64,000 nucleotides of DNA from an uncultured Veillonellaceae bacterium (GTDB lineage: Bacteria; Bacillota; Negativicutes; JARBTT01), in the NCBI GenBank assembly GCA_963805085.1, contig CAWDTA010000004.1, forward strand, positions 224,001-288,000. Direction: 5' to 3'. Every line of letters starts with the position of its first letter. Position 1 is the stretch's first letter. Under the pieces are notes generated by a model. That model ran no database searches, had not been told where the DNA came from, and saw nothing but the letters and a program-made list of their open reading frames with translations. The translations under genes and the position numbers were made by a program. Below, piece by piece: positions 39,691 to 51,115 of the stretch.

Positions 39691-41418
39691 TTAAATATAG
39701 TATTCCAGATTCTCTGCCGTAAGTTTTTCTAAATAGCGCACTGCTTTAAATTGCCCGAATTGAAACCATTGATTGCTAAACTTTGCATTCACAGAATCTG
39801 TTTCTAACGAATCAACCGCCTGCATAAAATTCTGAAATTCTTTTTCTGAATGTACCTTGATTCCTGCACCGCCGATTTCAACCAAAGTTTCTCCCAAATA
39901 GCGATATGCAGCTAGATCGACAATACTGCGTAGTTTAGCATTTCTTACTTGTGCAATTCTTTTATGCTGTAGATCAACGAGTGAGAAATCAACCGGGTAT
40001 TCGTAGGTTTGCCCCGTTACCGGCAAAACATCACCAGTTTTAAAATCACGTAGCTTACCAGAAATCTTTTTCACTGTATTTTCTGCTAACACATAATAGA
40101 ATTCATCAAAACAACTGATCTCTATGTGTTTTTCTTGATCACTGAGCGTGCTTTTACTGGTAACTTTTTCGGCAAGCCCGGAAACAATGCCACCACCACA
40201 GACATCATAGCCATCCACAATGACAAACCGCCCCGTATGCTGATTGTTTTTAAATGCATCCAGACAGATTTTTATCTTGGTTTTGATAATAACTTCCGCA
40301 ACATCATTGAGTTTTACCTGTTTTGCTTGCTCAACACTGTCCAAAGTTGTCGCATCAATTACTTGGGTAATATCAACGATTTCACAGCTCACCTCTTGCG
40401 TAGCTAGCTTCAATATATATTCTTTATGCTTCACAAGCTCTTTTTTACCTAACCAAAAAAGATTGACCTTAAACGTATCCGTCACCAAAGGCTGATCCTC
40501 TAAATGACTGATAAATTCACCCCGTTGGTTGAAAAATTCATCAGCCACCGTAATGCCAACCGACATCCCTGCTGTTACCTTGTCTTGCTCATCTTTATCT
40601 ACCCAATGTTCAATACTTTTTACCGTCGTCACTTTCTGACTTGGCGAAATTAAAATTTTATCACCCACCCGCAACGTACCGGCTTCGATCCGCCCCGCAA
40701 TAATCCGACGATGATCAAATTTATATACATCTTGTATCGGAAACCGCAATGGCTTTCCTTCTAAACTATTATCTTTTTCAAAAAGGTCAATCGCCTTAAG
40801 CAGTGGTTCCCCTTGATACCATGGCATCTTATCGGAAGTCGCTGTAATATTTTCACCATAAAAGCCTGAAATAGGGATATATTTAAGTGGATATACCTGT
40901 AAATCATGCAGAAAAACATTCATCTCTTGACGAATCTGGTTAAACTGCTCTTCTGAATAATCGATTAAATCCATCTTGTTCATGAGTACATAGACTTTTT
41001 GAATGCCTAGTAATGACAATATATAACCATGACGACGCGACTGCTCTTGAATCCCTTCATTGGCATCAATAATAAGCAATGCCGCTTCCGCATTTGCCGC
41101 TCCTGAAATCATGTTTTTCAAGAATTCTTTATGACCAGGGGCATCAATAATAACATAGTCGCGCGCCTCGGTGCAAAATTGCAGCTGCGTTGTATCAATG
41201 GTAATCCCTTGCTTTTGCTCTTCTTCAAACGCATCTAATAAATAGGCATATTCAAAAGGTTTCCCCTTTTCCTTTGCAATTCTTTTTACTTTTTCCACTG
41301 CACCTTCCGTTAAGGAATGGGTATCATATAATAAACGGCCAATTACCGTTGATTTTCCATGATCTACATGACCTACGACGACAATATTTAATACTTCTCT
41401 ATCTACATTTGTACTCAC
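39691..41418 (-). CDS. cysN: Sulfate adenylyltransferase GTPase subunit with C-terminal extension
   Basis: [32 protein letters not shown]; follows cysD. Confidence 0.92.
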   Translation of the reverse strand: MSTNVDREVLNIVVVGHVDHGKSTVIGRLLYDTHSLTEGAVEKVKRIAKEKGKPFEYAYLLDAFEEEQKQGITIDTTQLQFCTEARDYVIIDAPGHKEFLKNMISGAANAEAALLIIDANEGIQEQSRRHGYILSLLGIQKVYVLMNKMDLIDYSEEQFNQIRQEMNVFLHDLQVYPLKYIPISGFYGENITATSDKMPWYQGEPLLKAIDLFEKDNSLEGKPLRFPIQDVYKFDHRRIIAGRIEAGTLRVGDKILISPSQKVTTVKSIEHWVDKDEQDKVTAGMSVGITVADEFFNQRGEFISHLEDQPLVTDTFKVNLFWLGKKELVKHKEYILKLATQEVSCEIVDITQVIDATTLDSVEQAKQVKLNDVAEVIIKTKIKICLDAFKNNQHTGRFVIVDGYDVCGGGIVSGLAEKVTSKSTLSDQEKHIEISCFDEFYYVLAENTVKKISGKLRDFKTGDVLPVTGQTYEYPVDFSLVDLQHKRIAQVRNAKLRSIVDLAAYRYLGETLVEIGGAGIKVHSEKEFQNFMQAVDSLETDSVNAKFSNQWFQFGQFKAVRYLEKLTAENLEYYI

Positions 41419-41481
41419 AGGATTACCTCCATCTTCTCTTTAATCTTTAACATGGCATTATTACTCTTTAACTTTCTCTTT

Positions 41482-42282
41482 TTACATGTAACCATCTTTG
41501 CGAAGTTTTTGCATAGCATAAGAATCTTCCTGATCCTGCGCACGACCAGCGCGTTCGCTCACCTTGGTATTTTTCAATTCTTCAATAATCTCAGGAATCG
41601 TAATTGCCTCTGAATCAATTTGTCCTGTACAAGGCGCACAACCTAAACTGCGATAACGTTTCCCATTTTTCGCAAAATATAAATCGACAACTGGAATTTG
41701 TTCACGTTCGATATATGCCCAGATATCAAGTTCATTCCAATGTAAAATTGGATGTACCCGAATATGATTTCCTTTCGGAAAATCTGTTTTGAATTGATCC
41801 CATAATTCTGGTGGTTGATTGGTATAGTCCCATTCTGAATCTTTGTTGCGTTCACTAAATACTCTTTCTTTAGAACGCGAGCCTTCTTCATCACGCCGAA
41901 TCCCCAAAATTAATCCTTCAAATTCATATTGTGTTACCACCTGCTGCAACCCGTCAGTTTTCAAAGCTTTACAGCAGACCAAGCGTCCCTTTTCCGGGCC
42001 CATCCCAGCTTTTAACGCTGCTTCATTTGAATGCACGATTAAATCCAATCCATATTCTTTCGCCATCTGATCGCGAAAAGCAATCATTTCAGGAATTTTA
42101 TACTTTGTATCCACATGAATAAACGGAAACGGACAGTGACCAAAAAAAGCCTTTTTTGCTAGCCACAATAATACCGTAGAATCTTTGCCTATTGACCACA
42201 ACATGCCTAGCTTACCAAATTTTTTATAAGCTTCGCGTAATATATAAATACTTTGTGCTTCTAATCTATCTAAATGATCCAT
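41482..42282 (-). CDS. cysD: Sulfate adenylyltransferase subunit 2
   Basis: [39 protein letters not shown]. Confidence 0.96.
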   Translation of the reverse strand: MDHLDRLEAQSIYILREAYKKFGKLGMLWSIGKDSTVLLWLAKKAFFGHCPFPFIHVDTKYKIPEMIAFRDQMAKEYGLDLIVHSNEAALKAGMGPEKGRLVCCKALKTDGLQQVVTQYEFEGLILGIRRDEEGSRSKERVFSERNKDSEWDYTNQPPELWDQFKTDFPKGNHIRVHPILHWNELDIWAYIEREQIPVVDLYFAKNGKRYRSLGCAPCTGQIDSEAITIPEIIEELKNTKVSERAGRAQDQEDSYAMQKLRKDGYM

Positions 42283-42315
42283 TTTACCTACTCCTTTACT
42301 CTCTATAACTTTTAA

Positions 42316-42630
42316 TTAATAGGCATTGGCCTTTTGCTGATCAATGGTAATCACCGTTTCTTTTCCTTCAGGAGAAATGACGTGCCAATGCAAAAAACCA
42401 TTTTCTTTCTTCGTAAATAACAAACTACCCCGACCGCCAATATCAGCACCTAAATAATAATAAATGGCCTGATATGCACATTCTTTTACACAGGAAGTGC
42501 AGCCCCAGCAATCTTTGGGCTGCTGGATACAAGCTTTACCTTTATCATTTTGGGTTAATAGATTGCCAGGACACACCTGCTGACATTTTCCACACCCACG
42601 ACATTTTTTCTGATCAATTGTTATGCTCAT
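42316..42630 (-). CDS. aprB: Adenylylsulfate reductase beta subunit (ferredoxin)
   Basis: CRGCGKCQQVCP, DCWGCTSCVKEC; overlaps aprA. Confidence 0.85.
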   Translation of the reverse strand: MSITIDQKKCRGCGKCQQVCPGNLLTQNDKGKACIQQPKDCWGCTSCVKECAYQAIYYYLGADIGGRGSLLFTKKENGFLHWHVISPEGKETVITIDQQKANAY

Positions 42631-44305
42631 AAACCTCACCCTTTTTCACCAGATCACGCAAGATAATTTTTACTTGGCCTTCTTGCATCACTGAATTTAC
42701 AAATTTCAGCCAATGTTCATCATCTTTTTCTGGATAGTCGGCATTTTCTTGAAACGAATGCCACCTAGTTTCTTTTCTTGCTTCCAGGTGGTAAATTAGC
42801 ACTTTGCATACTTCTAGGCGATCAATTACTTCATAAATTTTTAACAACTCCATCATACTATCGGCTTTTAACGCTAAACTAAGTTTACGCAACTCATCAA
42901 TATGGATTTTTGCCTGCTGTAATTTTGCCGTGTTAAACATGTATCCTGAAGAAATTCCCCCAGCATAATCATCCATTATTTTTTGCATAGCCTCTTCGAT
43001 ATCTTCACTATAATAGATACTTGGTTTATCTCTCAAAAAGGATTCCACAGATTCTACTGCCAATTGGATTTGCTCAGCATCGACTTCACTAGCTACAAAC
43101 GGTTGGTTTAGATACTCCATCGCTGCCTGCCCAGCGATTTTTCCTTCAACAAAGCAACCAGTTACATACTTTTGCGGACTACCACCCGCTACATCACCAG
43201 CAGCATACAAACCTTGAATGGTAGTCGCTCTATTGGTATCCACCCAATACCCACTTCCAGTATGCCCGCCTACGATATAGGGCTCCGTTCCTTCGATTTC
43301 AACGTTTTCGTTAGCAGGGCCCACTCCATTCTCTAGCCAACGCAGCGCTTGGGCTGGCGCCATATTTAAATAGGCTTTATAGAGATCATCTTCCTGCTTT
43401 TCTGTAATGCCAGCGGTATTTAAATAACAGGGTCCAGCACCGCGCTGGTTTTCCTGCACCGTCGAATATAACCTAATCGAGGTTTTAGGCTTACCATATT
43501 TTCTCTCGTACAGTTCACCACAGCTATTGATTTGCTCTGCACCGATTCCCTGCGCAATCGTTCCCGTAGGCGCAATCGTATCTTTACACCGCAAAGCAAT
43601 GAACCGCATTTCAAAGGTTGTCATTTCTGCCCCAGCACGGATGCCCATTGCATACCCAGCACCAGTGTTAAACGGACTATACCACATTTTATGGCGTGAA
43701 AAGCCTGGATTATTGGGTCGATATAGACCAGAAGCTCCGCCGGTAGCACAGATCACAGCTTTTGCTAAGATGACATAAAAAATCGGCTGATCTAAAGAAA
43801 AACCGTAAGCGCCAACGACTCGCCCATCGCTCACAATATAATCGGTAATATTCACACGATTCAAAACGGTAACATGATCAGCCTTCTCTACAGCACTTGC
43901 CAATAATGGTTTGATATTTTCGCCATTGATTTTAATGTTGCGATTGCCGCGCGTTACATACTCACCCTGACTGTCTTTTTGAATCACCAGACCTAAATCT
44001 TCCATCGTCTTTGTCACCTGATTTAGCTCCGCTGCCATGCTAGCTACCAAGTCTTCTCTGATAATAGCTTCAGCATCACTCCTGACATAATCGACATAAT
44101 CTTCAGGTGTCTGACCTTGAACAATATAAGCATTTAATGCATTCACGCCCGCCGCTAAACAACCGCTTCGTTTGATATTGGCCTTTTCAACAATGAGCAC
44201 CTTCGTCGCTTTCTGCTCCGCCACCGTAAGAGCGGCAAAACATCCGGCTGTACCGCCACCGATAATTAAAATATCTGTTTCTAATTTCACCGTTTCTAAA
44301 TTCAT
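42614..44305 (-). CDS. aprA: Adenylylsulfate reductase alpha subunit (flavoprotein)
   Basis: GGGTAGC, EKANIKRSG, INGE, RKETRW; clostridial assimilatory-operon context. Confidence 0.9.
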   Translation of the reverse strand: MNLETVKLETDILIIGGGTAGCFAALTVAEQKATKVLIVEKANIKRSGCLAAGVNALNAYIVQGQTPEDYVDYVRSDAEAIIREDLVASMAAELNQVTKTMEDLGLVIQKDSQGEYVTRGNRNIKINGENIKPLLASAVEKADHVTVLNRVNITDYIVSDGRVVGAYGFSLDQPIFYVILAKAVICATGGASGLYRPNNPGFSRHKMWYSPFNTGAGYAMGIRAGAEMTTFEMRFIALRCKDTIAPTGTIAQGIGAEQINSCGELYERKYGKPKTSIRLYSTVQENQRGAGPCYLNTAGITEKQEDDLYKAYLNMAPAQALRWLENGVGPANENVEIEGTEPYIVGGHTGSGYWVDTNRATTIQGLYAAGDVAGGSPQKYVTGCFVEGKIAGQAAMEYLNQPFVASEVDAEQIQLAVESVESFLRDKPSIYYSEDIEEAMQKIMDDYAGGISSGYMFNTAKLQQAKIHIDELRKLSLALKADSMMELLKIYEVIDRLEVCKVLIYHLEARKETRWHSFQENADYPEKDDEHWLKFVNSVMQEGQVKIILRDLVKKGEVYEHNN

Positions 44306-44339
44306 CTATCTAATTCCTTTCTTCCAGCATTGAACTACC

Positions 44340-45113
44340 TCACGCGCGATCTAGTCCCCAACGTTGTCGAATATTTTGTTCTATTTGCCCAAAAATTAAC
44401 TTATCTACCACCACGCCCAATACGATAATCACAATCATCACTGCCATAACCTGACTGATATCGGCTAAATCGCGACCGACCATTAAGACTTGCCCGAGGC
44501 CTTTTGTCGCCGACATCATTTCACCAGCCATAAGAGCCCGCCAAGCAAAAGACCAGCCTTGTTTTAAACCCGATACAATCGCAGGCAAACTCGCTGGAAG
44601 AATTACATTCCAATAAATTTTAAAACCACTAGCGCCCATCGTCCTTGCCGCTCTAATATAAAGTGGATTGATATTTTTTATTCCAGCTTCGAGGGCAATG
44701 GCTACAGCAAACGTCGAGCCAATGGCAATTACAAACATAATGGCACTTTCATTTAGTCCATACCACAAAATCGCAAAAGGGAGCCAGCAAATACTAGGTA
44801 ATGTTTGCAAGCCTAAAATCAAAGGACTGGCATTTTCATCCAACCACTTAAATTTGACGATAATAAGTCCAATGATCAAGCCCAATATCACCGATACGAA
44901 ATATCCCAAAATGATTCGCTTTGCACTTGACAATATGGCAATAACAAGCGTTTGATCAGCAAATAAACTATATAAAGTTTTAAAGACATCAATGGGGGAA
45001 GGAAAAACATACGCCTTCCAAAGCCTTAAATAATCTACGCCAAGTTCATACGCCACTTCCCAAATTATCATTAATACTAGGTAAAACAGGATTTTTTTGA
45101 ATATTCCAGTCAT
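44340..45113 (-). CDS. NitT/TauT/SsuC-type ABC permease
   Basis: LQTLPSICWLP, EAA-like RAARTMGAS, GWSFAWRALMAGE. Confidence 0.92.
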   Translation of the reverse strand: MTGIFKKILFYLVLMIIWEVAYELGVDYLRLWKAYVFPSPIDVFKTLYSLFADQTLVIAILSSAKRIILGYFVSVILGLIIGLIIVKFKWLDENASPLILGLQTLPSICWLPFAILWYGLNESAIMFVIAIGSTFAVAIALEAGIKNINPLYIRAARTMGASGFKIYWNVILPASLPAIVSGLKQGWSFAWRALMAGEMMSATKGLGQVLMVGRDLADISQVMAVMIVIIVLGVVVDKLIFGQIEQNIRQRWGLDRA

Positions 45114-45885
45114 TATCGTATTCAGCTTTTGCAACCTTCTCAACCTCCGTCTTCAATTCTTGCATAATATTATTCATTAAATAAGCCAAATCAACATTAC
45201 CTGGTTGACGTGGTCTTGCGACTTGAATCTGAAATTCTTTTTTGATTCCACCAGGATTCGCTGACATAACCACAACACGATCTGCTAATATGGTTGCTTC
45301 TTCTACATTATGGGTAACAAATAAAATCGTTTTTTTCGTTTCTAGCCAAATCTGCTGCAATTCAATTTGTAGTAGCATCTTGGTCTGACTATCTAGTGCG
45401 GCAAATGGTTCATCCATAAGAAGCACTTCTGAATCAAAGGTTAGCGCTCGCGCGAGTGCTACGCGCTGGCGCATCCCTCCTGATAATTCATGAATAAAGG
45501 CATGTTGGAACTTCGTTAAATGCACCATTTTTAAGTATTTCAACGCGCGCTCACGCCGCTGTGCTGGCGCTACCCCCGCCATTTTCATACCAAATTCTAC
45601 ATTGTCGATCACATTGAGCCAAGGAAACAATGCTGCTTCTTGAAACATCACGACTCTGTCCGGTCCAGGCCCCGTTACTTGCTTGCCATTCAGAGTCACC
45701 CTACCGGACGTCGCTTCTTCAAGCCCAGCGATGATATTAAGCAACGTAGATTTACCACAACCAGACGGGCCTAGGATACAAATAAATTCGCCCGGCTTAA
45801 ATTCAATATTTACCTTTGATAATGTTTCGGTATCACTGTGCTTGGTGATAAACCGCTTACTAACATCTTCAACTTTAATACTCAT
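45046..45885 (-). CDS. NitT/TauT/SsuB-type ABC ATPase
   Basis: GPSGCGKST, LSGGMRQR, LLMDEPF. Confidence 0.95.
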   Translation of the reverse strand: MSIKVEDVSKRFITKHSDTETLSKVNIEFKPGEFICILGPSGCGKSTLLNIIAGLEEATSGRVTLNGKQVTGPGPDRVVMFQEAALFPWLNVIDNVEFGMKMAGVAPAQRRERALKYLKMVHLTKFQHAFIHELSGGMRQRVALARALTFDSEVLLMDEPFAALDSQTKMLLQIELQQIWLETKKTILFVTHNVEEATILADRVVVMSANPGGIKKEFQIQVARPRQPGNVDLAYLMNNIMQELKTEVEKVAKAEYDNDWNIQKNPVLPSINDNLGSGV

Positions 45886-45898
45886 CTTCAACTCCACC

Positions 45899-46933
45899 TT
45901 ACTCTATTTCTGGCAAGCCCTTATCTTTTAACACTTTATTTAAGATTTTTAGATTAAACAAAGTTTTTGTATCAGGTTTTTCTTTTAAGAAACCTGCTTT
46001 TTGTGATAAATCGACAAAATCAAGCACTGCTTCTTTTTCTGGGTCATTTGTTACGGTTACGCGAGCAAAAGCTGATGTCAATACATCTTCTGCCAATGGC
46101 TTCCCCGTAAGCTCCTTAATTTGTGCATTGATAATGCTACTAGCCTCGTTTTGATTTTTTTGGATATACGCAGTTAACTCCACATGTTTCTTTAAAAATT
46201 TCTCTACTAAATCTGGATGTTCTTCAATGAATTTTGTTCTAGCAACGACTACTGCGGTACTATATTTGCCTTCGCGCCAAACTTTATCATAATCTAATAC
46301 CACTTTTGCATTAACTTCTTTTATCAATCTTGCTCCCCAAGGTTCTGGTACCAAAGCTGCATCTATTTCACCTTTATCTAAGAGTGTCTTAATATCTGGG
46401 TTATTCGCTTGCACAATCTCTACTGTACCGCCCTTAGTCGTATCCTTTAACCCTTGCGCTGATAAAAGATAACGCAAGGATAAATCTTGTGTATTACCAA
46501 ATTGCGGTATGGCAATTTTCTTCCCACTTAATTCTGCTAAATTGTTGATTGTCACATCTTTTCGCGAAACTAAGATTGCCCCAGCATCGGTAGCGCCAGC
46601 AATAATCTGAATATCACCCTTTGATTTTGCATAACCACTAATCGCTGGTCCTGGTCCAATATATCCAATATCAACTTCACCAGCAAACAATGCTTCAATT
46701 TCGGATGGCCCCGCATTAAAAGCTTCCCATTCTACAGGATTACTTTCGCCTAGTGCTTGTTGGAATTCTCCTTTTGCTTTGCCGACCAAAGCTTGCGAAT
46801 GCGTAATATTCGGGAAAAATCCAATACGGACTTTGGTATTATCACTACTGGCTTTTTCAGTGCCACAACCGGCTAACACCGCTCCTAACGTAGTAAAGAT
46901 AAATAATATCACTGCCATTTTTTTTATATTCAT
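45899..46933 (-). CDS. Sulfonate/sulfate ABC substrate-binding lipoprotein (SsuA-like)
   Basis: LAGC lipobox, GFFPNITHSQA, FNAGP, PQFGNTQD, PEPW. Confidence 0.9.
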   Translation of the reverse strand: MNIKKMAVILFIFTTLGAVLAGCGTEKASSDNTKVRIGFFPNITHSQALVGKAKGEFQQALGESNPVEWEAFNAGPSEIEALFAGEVDIGYIGPGPAISGYAKSKGDIQIIAGATDAGAILVSRKDVTINNLAELSGKKIAIPQFGNTQDLSLRYLLSAQGLKDTTKGGTVEIVQANNPDIKTLLDKGEIDAALVPEPWGARLIKEVNAKVVLDYDKVWREGKYSTAVVVARTKFIEEHPDLVEKFLKKHVELTAYIQKNQNEASSIINAQIKELTGKPLAEDVLTSAFARVTVTNDPEKEAVLDFVDLSQKAGFLKEKPDTKTLFNLKILNKVLKDKGLPEIE

Positions 46934-46983
46934 GTAAGCCATCTCCTTTATCATTTCCCTCATTTCAGCCTTTTCGGCAATAG

Positions 46984-47058
46984 AAAAAGACCAAGAAGCA
47001 CTCTTCTTTAGAAATTTTCTAAGAAAAGTACTTCTTGGCCTTCGGTTTTCCGATCAGC
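46984..47058 (-). promoter_or_regulatory. Leader attenuator copy 4, heading the sulfate-assimilation operon
   Basis: GCTGATCGGAAAACCGAAGGC then CAAGAAGTAC..GTGCTTCTTGGTCTTTTT; promoter TTGACA(47105)-17-TATCAT. Confidence 0.85.
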
Positions 47059-47122
47059 CTTATATGATTTTGTTATATGATACCACCAAAAAAAGGTAGT
47101 GTCAATACAAACCTCTCACGGT

Positions 47123-49144
47123 TTAAATTTTAAACTTTTTCACTTCTTGTTGTAATTGCTCTGCCATTTTCGCTAAGTTTTGGCTTGAAAAGGCAATTTC
47201 CTGCATAGATGCTGATTGCTCTTCAGTCGCTGCCGATACATTTTGCGCTTCATCGGCACCTTTTATGCTTAAGTCATCCATTTTCTTCACAATTGTTACG
47301 ATATGCTGACTGTTATCCGCCATATGTTGAATAGCACTCGAAATATCTTTTACCTGTGCTGATACTTCCATGACAAATTGCATGATTTGTTTAAAGGAAT
47401 CGCCGGTAGCGCCTACAACTTCAGCACCAATTTTTACTTGTTCGCTGCCCGCATGCATGGTTACAACTGCAGTATTGGTATCCTTTTGAATTTCAGAAAT
47501 CAAATCTGAAATTTGCTTCGCAGCTCCTTGCGATTGCTCTGCCAATTTACGTACTTCCTCGGCGACAACAGCGAAACCTCTACCAGTTTCCCCAGCCCTA
47601 GCCGCTTCGATTGCGGCATTCAGTGCCAAAAGATTCGTTTGTCCTGCTATTCCCGAAATCGTATCAACAATTTGGCCGATCTCTTTTGACCGTTCTCCCA
47701 GTACCGTTACGACTTCCACGGAAGCGTTCGTCGTTTCTTCTATTTTATTCATTTGCGTGATCGCCTGTGCCACTGAATCACTACCAGTTTTCGCCGTATT
47801 AGCAGCATCCACACTCTTATTAGCAGCCAAGCTAGCATTTGCTGCAACCTCTTCAATACCTGCCGACAGCTGTTCTACCACATTTGTCGTATCTTTTACC
47901 GCCGCTAACTGCTCAGCCATTCCGCCAGCCACTGTAGTAATCGAATTTGCAACCTGACTAGAAGCCTGCGCAGATTGCTCAGAAGTTGCAGTCAATTCTT
48001 CCGAAGAAGCTGCCAGTGTTTCTGACGATTCCGTAACCTTTTGCATCAACTTTCGGATATTATCTCTCATTTGACGCAGTGCATCCGCCAACCGACCAAA
48101 TTCATCATTGGTGTTTATTTGCGCTGCTTTATCTCTAAAGTCACCTTGTGCCATCTCATCAACGGTTGCTACCATAATGCCAAGCGGCTTAACCAGACGA
48201 CTAGCTGCCCAAATGATAATAACGGATAATAGGCAAATAACCACAAATGAAATAGCCGTAAGAATCCATAAAATTTGTTTTGCTGGTGCTAGCAATTCAT
48301 CTTCATCAATCACTGCAACAATGCTCCAACCAGCAGTTTTTATAGGATCATAAAAAGCAATTTTATTACTGCCTTGATCCTTAAAACGATAAATTCCTTT
48401 TTGTCCTTCTAACATCAATTTACCAAGTGCCTGTATTTGAGGATTTTCCGCTTCTGTAATTTTTTTCTTCATTACATAGTCGTTATCAGGATGCACCACG
48501 AATGTACCATCTTGCGCAACTAACATCCCATACCCTTTTTCCCCAACATTTAATTCTTTTACTTTTGCCTCTACAGCCTGTACATAAACCGCTGCCAAAA
48601 CCATACCAATATTTTCATTGTTATCATCTTGAATTAAAGAGATACAATTGACAATTGTTTTCCCCGTTGCTTGTGAAATAACTGGCGAAGACATAAACGA
48701 TTTTTTCTTTCCGGTCATCGTTTCGGCATACCAAGCCTTTGTTTTTACTTCCATCATCTTAGGGCCAGTAACCGCCATTCCCGATAATACACCCGAATTA
48801 TCAAAATAACCCCAGCTTACACTATCATATGTATTTGGTACTTTCTCAGACATAAATTTCAAACGATATTCATTCGCCTTATTCGCGGTTGCAGGATCAT
48901 TTTTTATATTTTTTGCAGTTGGATTGATCGCTACCATTTGTGTTTCTAGTAACCGCGCATCCAACCACCCATCTATATTTTCTGAAACTTCGGTAACATT
49001 TTTATCCGTTTGATTTACCAATTCTTTATCTAATACAGACTGGAAAAAATAATACGAAACCAAAGATAATGTCACCAATCCCAAAATAGTAATCGGTAAA
49101 ATAAATATTAACATCTTGCCCTTGAATGATAAGTTTTTTAACAT
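47123..49144 (-). CDS. Methyl-accepting chemotaxis protein (dCache)
   Basis: [34 protein letters not shown]. Confidence 0.95.
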   Translation of the reverse strand: MLKNLSFKGKMLIFILPITILGLVTLSLVSYYFFQSVLDKELVNQTDKNVTEVSENIDGWLDARLLETQMVAINPTAKNIKNDPATANKANEYRLKFMSEKVPNTYDSVSWGYFDNSGVLSGMAVTGPKMMEVKTKAWYAETMTGKKKSFMSSPVISQATGKTIVNCISLIQDDNNENIGMVLAAVYVQAVEAKVKELNVGEKGYGMLVAQDGTFVVHPDNDYVMKKKITEAENPQIQALGKLMLEGQKGIYRFKDQGSNKIAFYDPIKTAGWSIVAVIDEDELLAPAKQILWILTAISFVVICLLSVIIIWAASRLVKPLGIMVATVDEMAQGDFRDKAAQINTNDEFGRLADALRQMRDNIRKLMQKVTESSETLAASSEELTATSEQSAQASSQVANSITTVAGGMAEQLAAVKDTTNVVEQLSAGIEEVAANASLAANKSVDAANTAKTGSDSVAQAITQMNKIEETTNASVEVVTVLGERSKEIGQIVDTISGIAGQTNLLALNAAIEAARAGETGRGFAVVAEEVRKLAEQSQGAAKQISDLISEIQKDTNTAVVTMHAGSEQVKIGAEVVGATGDSFKQIMQFVMEVSAQVKDISSAIQHMADNSQHIVTIVKKMDDLSIKGADEAQNVSAATEEQSASMQEIAFSSQNLAKMAEQLQQEVKKFKI

Positions 49145-49300
49145 CGCTATCCTCCTACCTTCTGAAACTGCAACTACAAAAACACAAAAATTTCTTTTGT
49201 TTGACAAGAACATGCACGTTTCATTTTATTACCATTATAGCATGATTCATCAAAAATAAGAATAATTGAAAATCATTCTTAATACAAAATTAATAATCAT

Positions 49301-49340
49301 AAAAAATACCTATTTACTTTTTATCGTAAATAGGTATTTT
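49301..49340 (-). terminator. Terminator
   Basis: aaaatacctatttac / gtaaataggtatttt. Confidence 0.75.
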
Positions 49341-49368
49341 GATTTGCTATTATAATTGTTTTGAGTGA

Positions 49369-50265
49369 TTACTTTGTATTTTTTGTTTTGCCATCATCAA
49401 CCGCTACGAAATAATCTTCATTTAAGCCGAAATCTTTTAAGATTTTTAATAAAGTTCCATCTGCTTTCATCTCATTTAACGTCTTGTTTACTTCGCCTAA
49501 GAATTCTTTATCCTCAAAACGTAAACCAGCGCCAATTTTCCCTGCGGCTTCAGCTTCATATGGAGTTAAAACTCTTAAGCTTAAACTAGAATCTTGTTTT
49601 AAGGTATAAGATGCTACGATACCATCGGTAACACATGCATCAATCTTCCCTGTATTCACTGCCATCATAAGTTCGGACTGGCTGTTAAATATTTTTAAAT
49701 CTTTTGCCTTTCCTTCATTCAACCATTTTTGTGCTACTTCAAGGAAAGCGGTACCCTTTTGTCCACCAAGGACTTTATCTTTTAAGTCCTCTTTGGTTTG
49801 AATCGTAGAATCTTTTTTCACAACAACAGCTTCGCCTTCTTTGTACCAAACATCAGTAAATAAAGCTTTATCAAGGCGTTCTTGTTTGATATACATTGCA
49901 TCAGTTACCATATCAATACTATTTTTGTTTAATTCAATTAGAAGATTTTCAAAAGGTATTTGTTTCATTTCTACTTTATTAATGCCCAAGCGTTTACAAA
50001 CTTCATTAATAATCGCCGCATCTACACCGGAAAATTTATTACTCGAAGCATCCATATAAGCAAATGGAGCATCATTCGAGGAACCTACTACCAAAACACC
50101 TTTTTCTCTTAAAGCATTTAATTTTGCACTAGCATTTGGATCTTTTTTTGTTGTTTCGCTACTAGTTTTCGCTGGTTGATCAGTAGAACCACAACCTGTT
50201 AAGATCATTGAAAATACAAACATAACAATTGCTAAAAATGTAAACTTTTTAAATACGCTTTTCAT
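49369..50265 (-). CDS. Polar amino-acid ABC substrate-binding lipoprotein
   Basis: LTGC lipobox; SBP family 3 motifs (APFAY, GVDA, GQKGT). Confidence 0.9.
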   Translation of the reverse strand: MKSVFKKFTFLAIVMFVFSMILTGCGSTDQPAKTSSETTKKDPNASAKLNALREKGVLVVGSSNDAPFAYMDASSNKFSGVDAAIINEVCKRLGINKVEMKQIPFENLLIELNKNSIDMVTDAMYIKQERLDKALFTDVWYKEGEAVVVKKDSTIQTKEDLKDKVLGGQKGTAFLEVAQKWLNEGKAKDLKIFNSQSELMMAVNTGKIDACVTDGIVASYTLKQDSSLSLRVLTPYEAEAAGKIGAGLRFEDKEFLGEVNKTLNEMKADGTLLKILKDFGLNEDYFVAVDDGKTKNTK

Positions 50266-50396
50266 AATGAACATCCCCTCTTTTTATTAAAATAACTTTA
50301 TAAAAACGATGGAAGCTTCTAAATAAATCTCCATTAAACTTTTGTTATCAGACATCCTTTCCTATATTCCATATATAGAATCTTAAATAATAAGAT

Positions 50397-51101
50397 TTAT
50401 TTATTATTTAATTTATATTCAATAAATTTGACAAGATGGGATAGCGGTATACTAATCACTAGATATGCTATCGCTAAATACGTATAGGACTCAATTGTCA
50501 AAAAAGTCTGTGATGCAAAATTTTGGGTACGGAGTAACAATTCGCTTACTGCAACATAGGCAAGCAATGAAGTATCTTTGACCATCATGACCAAATAATT
50601 ACCAAGTGATGGTACAATACTGCGCAACGCCTGCGGAATAACAATCCGAAATAACGCCTGATATTTACCAAACCCCAGAACCAACGCTGCCTCTGTCTGC
50701 CCTTTATCAACAGAAAGTATAGAAGCGCGAATTACCTCTGACATATAACAACCATAATTGATACCTAACCCGAAAATACCAGCGGTCAAAGACGCTATTT
50801 GCACGTCAGTTTTCACTCCAAACATACTGGCAATTAGATTAAATAACAACGGAACTACATAATAAATATATACTAGCTGCACCAATAATGGTGTGCCACG
50901 AATCAATTCTAAAAAAACGTAGAGAAAACCTCTGATGATTTTGATATTAGAAAGCCTGCCTATCGCAATAACCATCCCTAGAATCGTTGCCAACAGAAAG
51001 CCAAAGATCGTTGCTTGAATAACGACACTAAATCCCTGAATAAGAGAAGGAACTAAAAATTCCGCTGCTTTGGCAAACTGTAGTTGACTGAAAGCATTCA
51101 T
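50397..51101 (-). CDS. Polar amino-acid ABC permease
   Basis: IRGTPLLVQL, SVDKGQTEAA, KDTSL. Confidence 0.93.
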   Translation of the reverse strand: MNAFSQLQFAKAAEFLVPSLIQGFSVVIQATIFGFLLATILGMVIAIGRLSNIKIIRGFLYVFLELIRGTPLLVQLVYIYYVVPLLFNLIASMFGVKTDVQIASLTAGIFGLGINYGCYMSEVIRASILSVDKGQTEAALVLGFGKYQALFRIVIPQALRSIVPSLGNYLVMMVKDTSLLAYVAVSELLLRTQNFASQTFLTIESYTYLAIAYLVISIPLSHLVKFIEYKLNNK

Positions 51102-51115
51102 TGTATACCCCTCCC

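Noticed and set aside
42316-44305. Dissimilatory sulfate respiration
   Set aside because: No sat, qmo or dsrAB; paired with cysDN and an ABC importer
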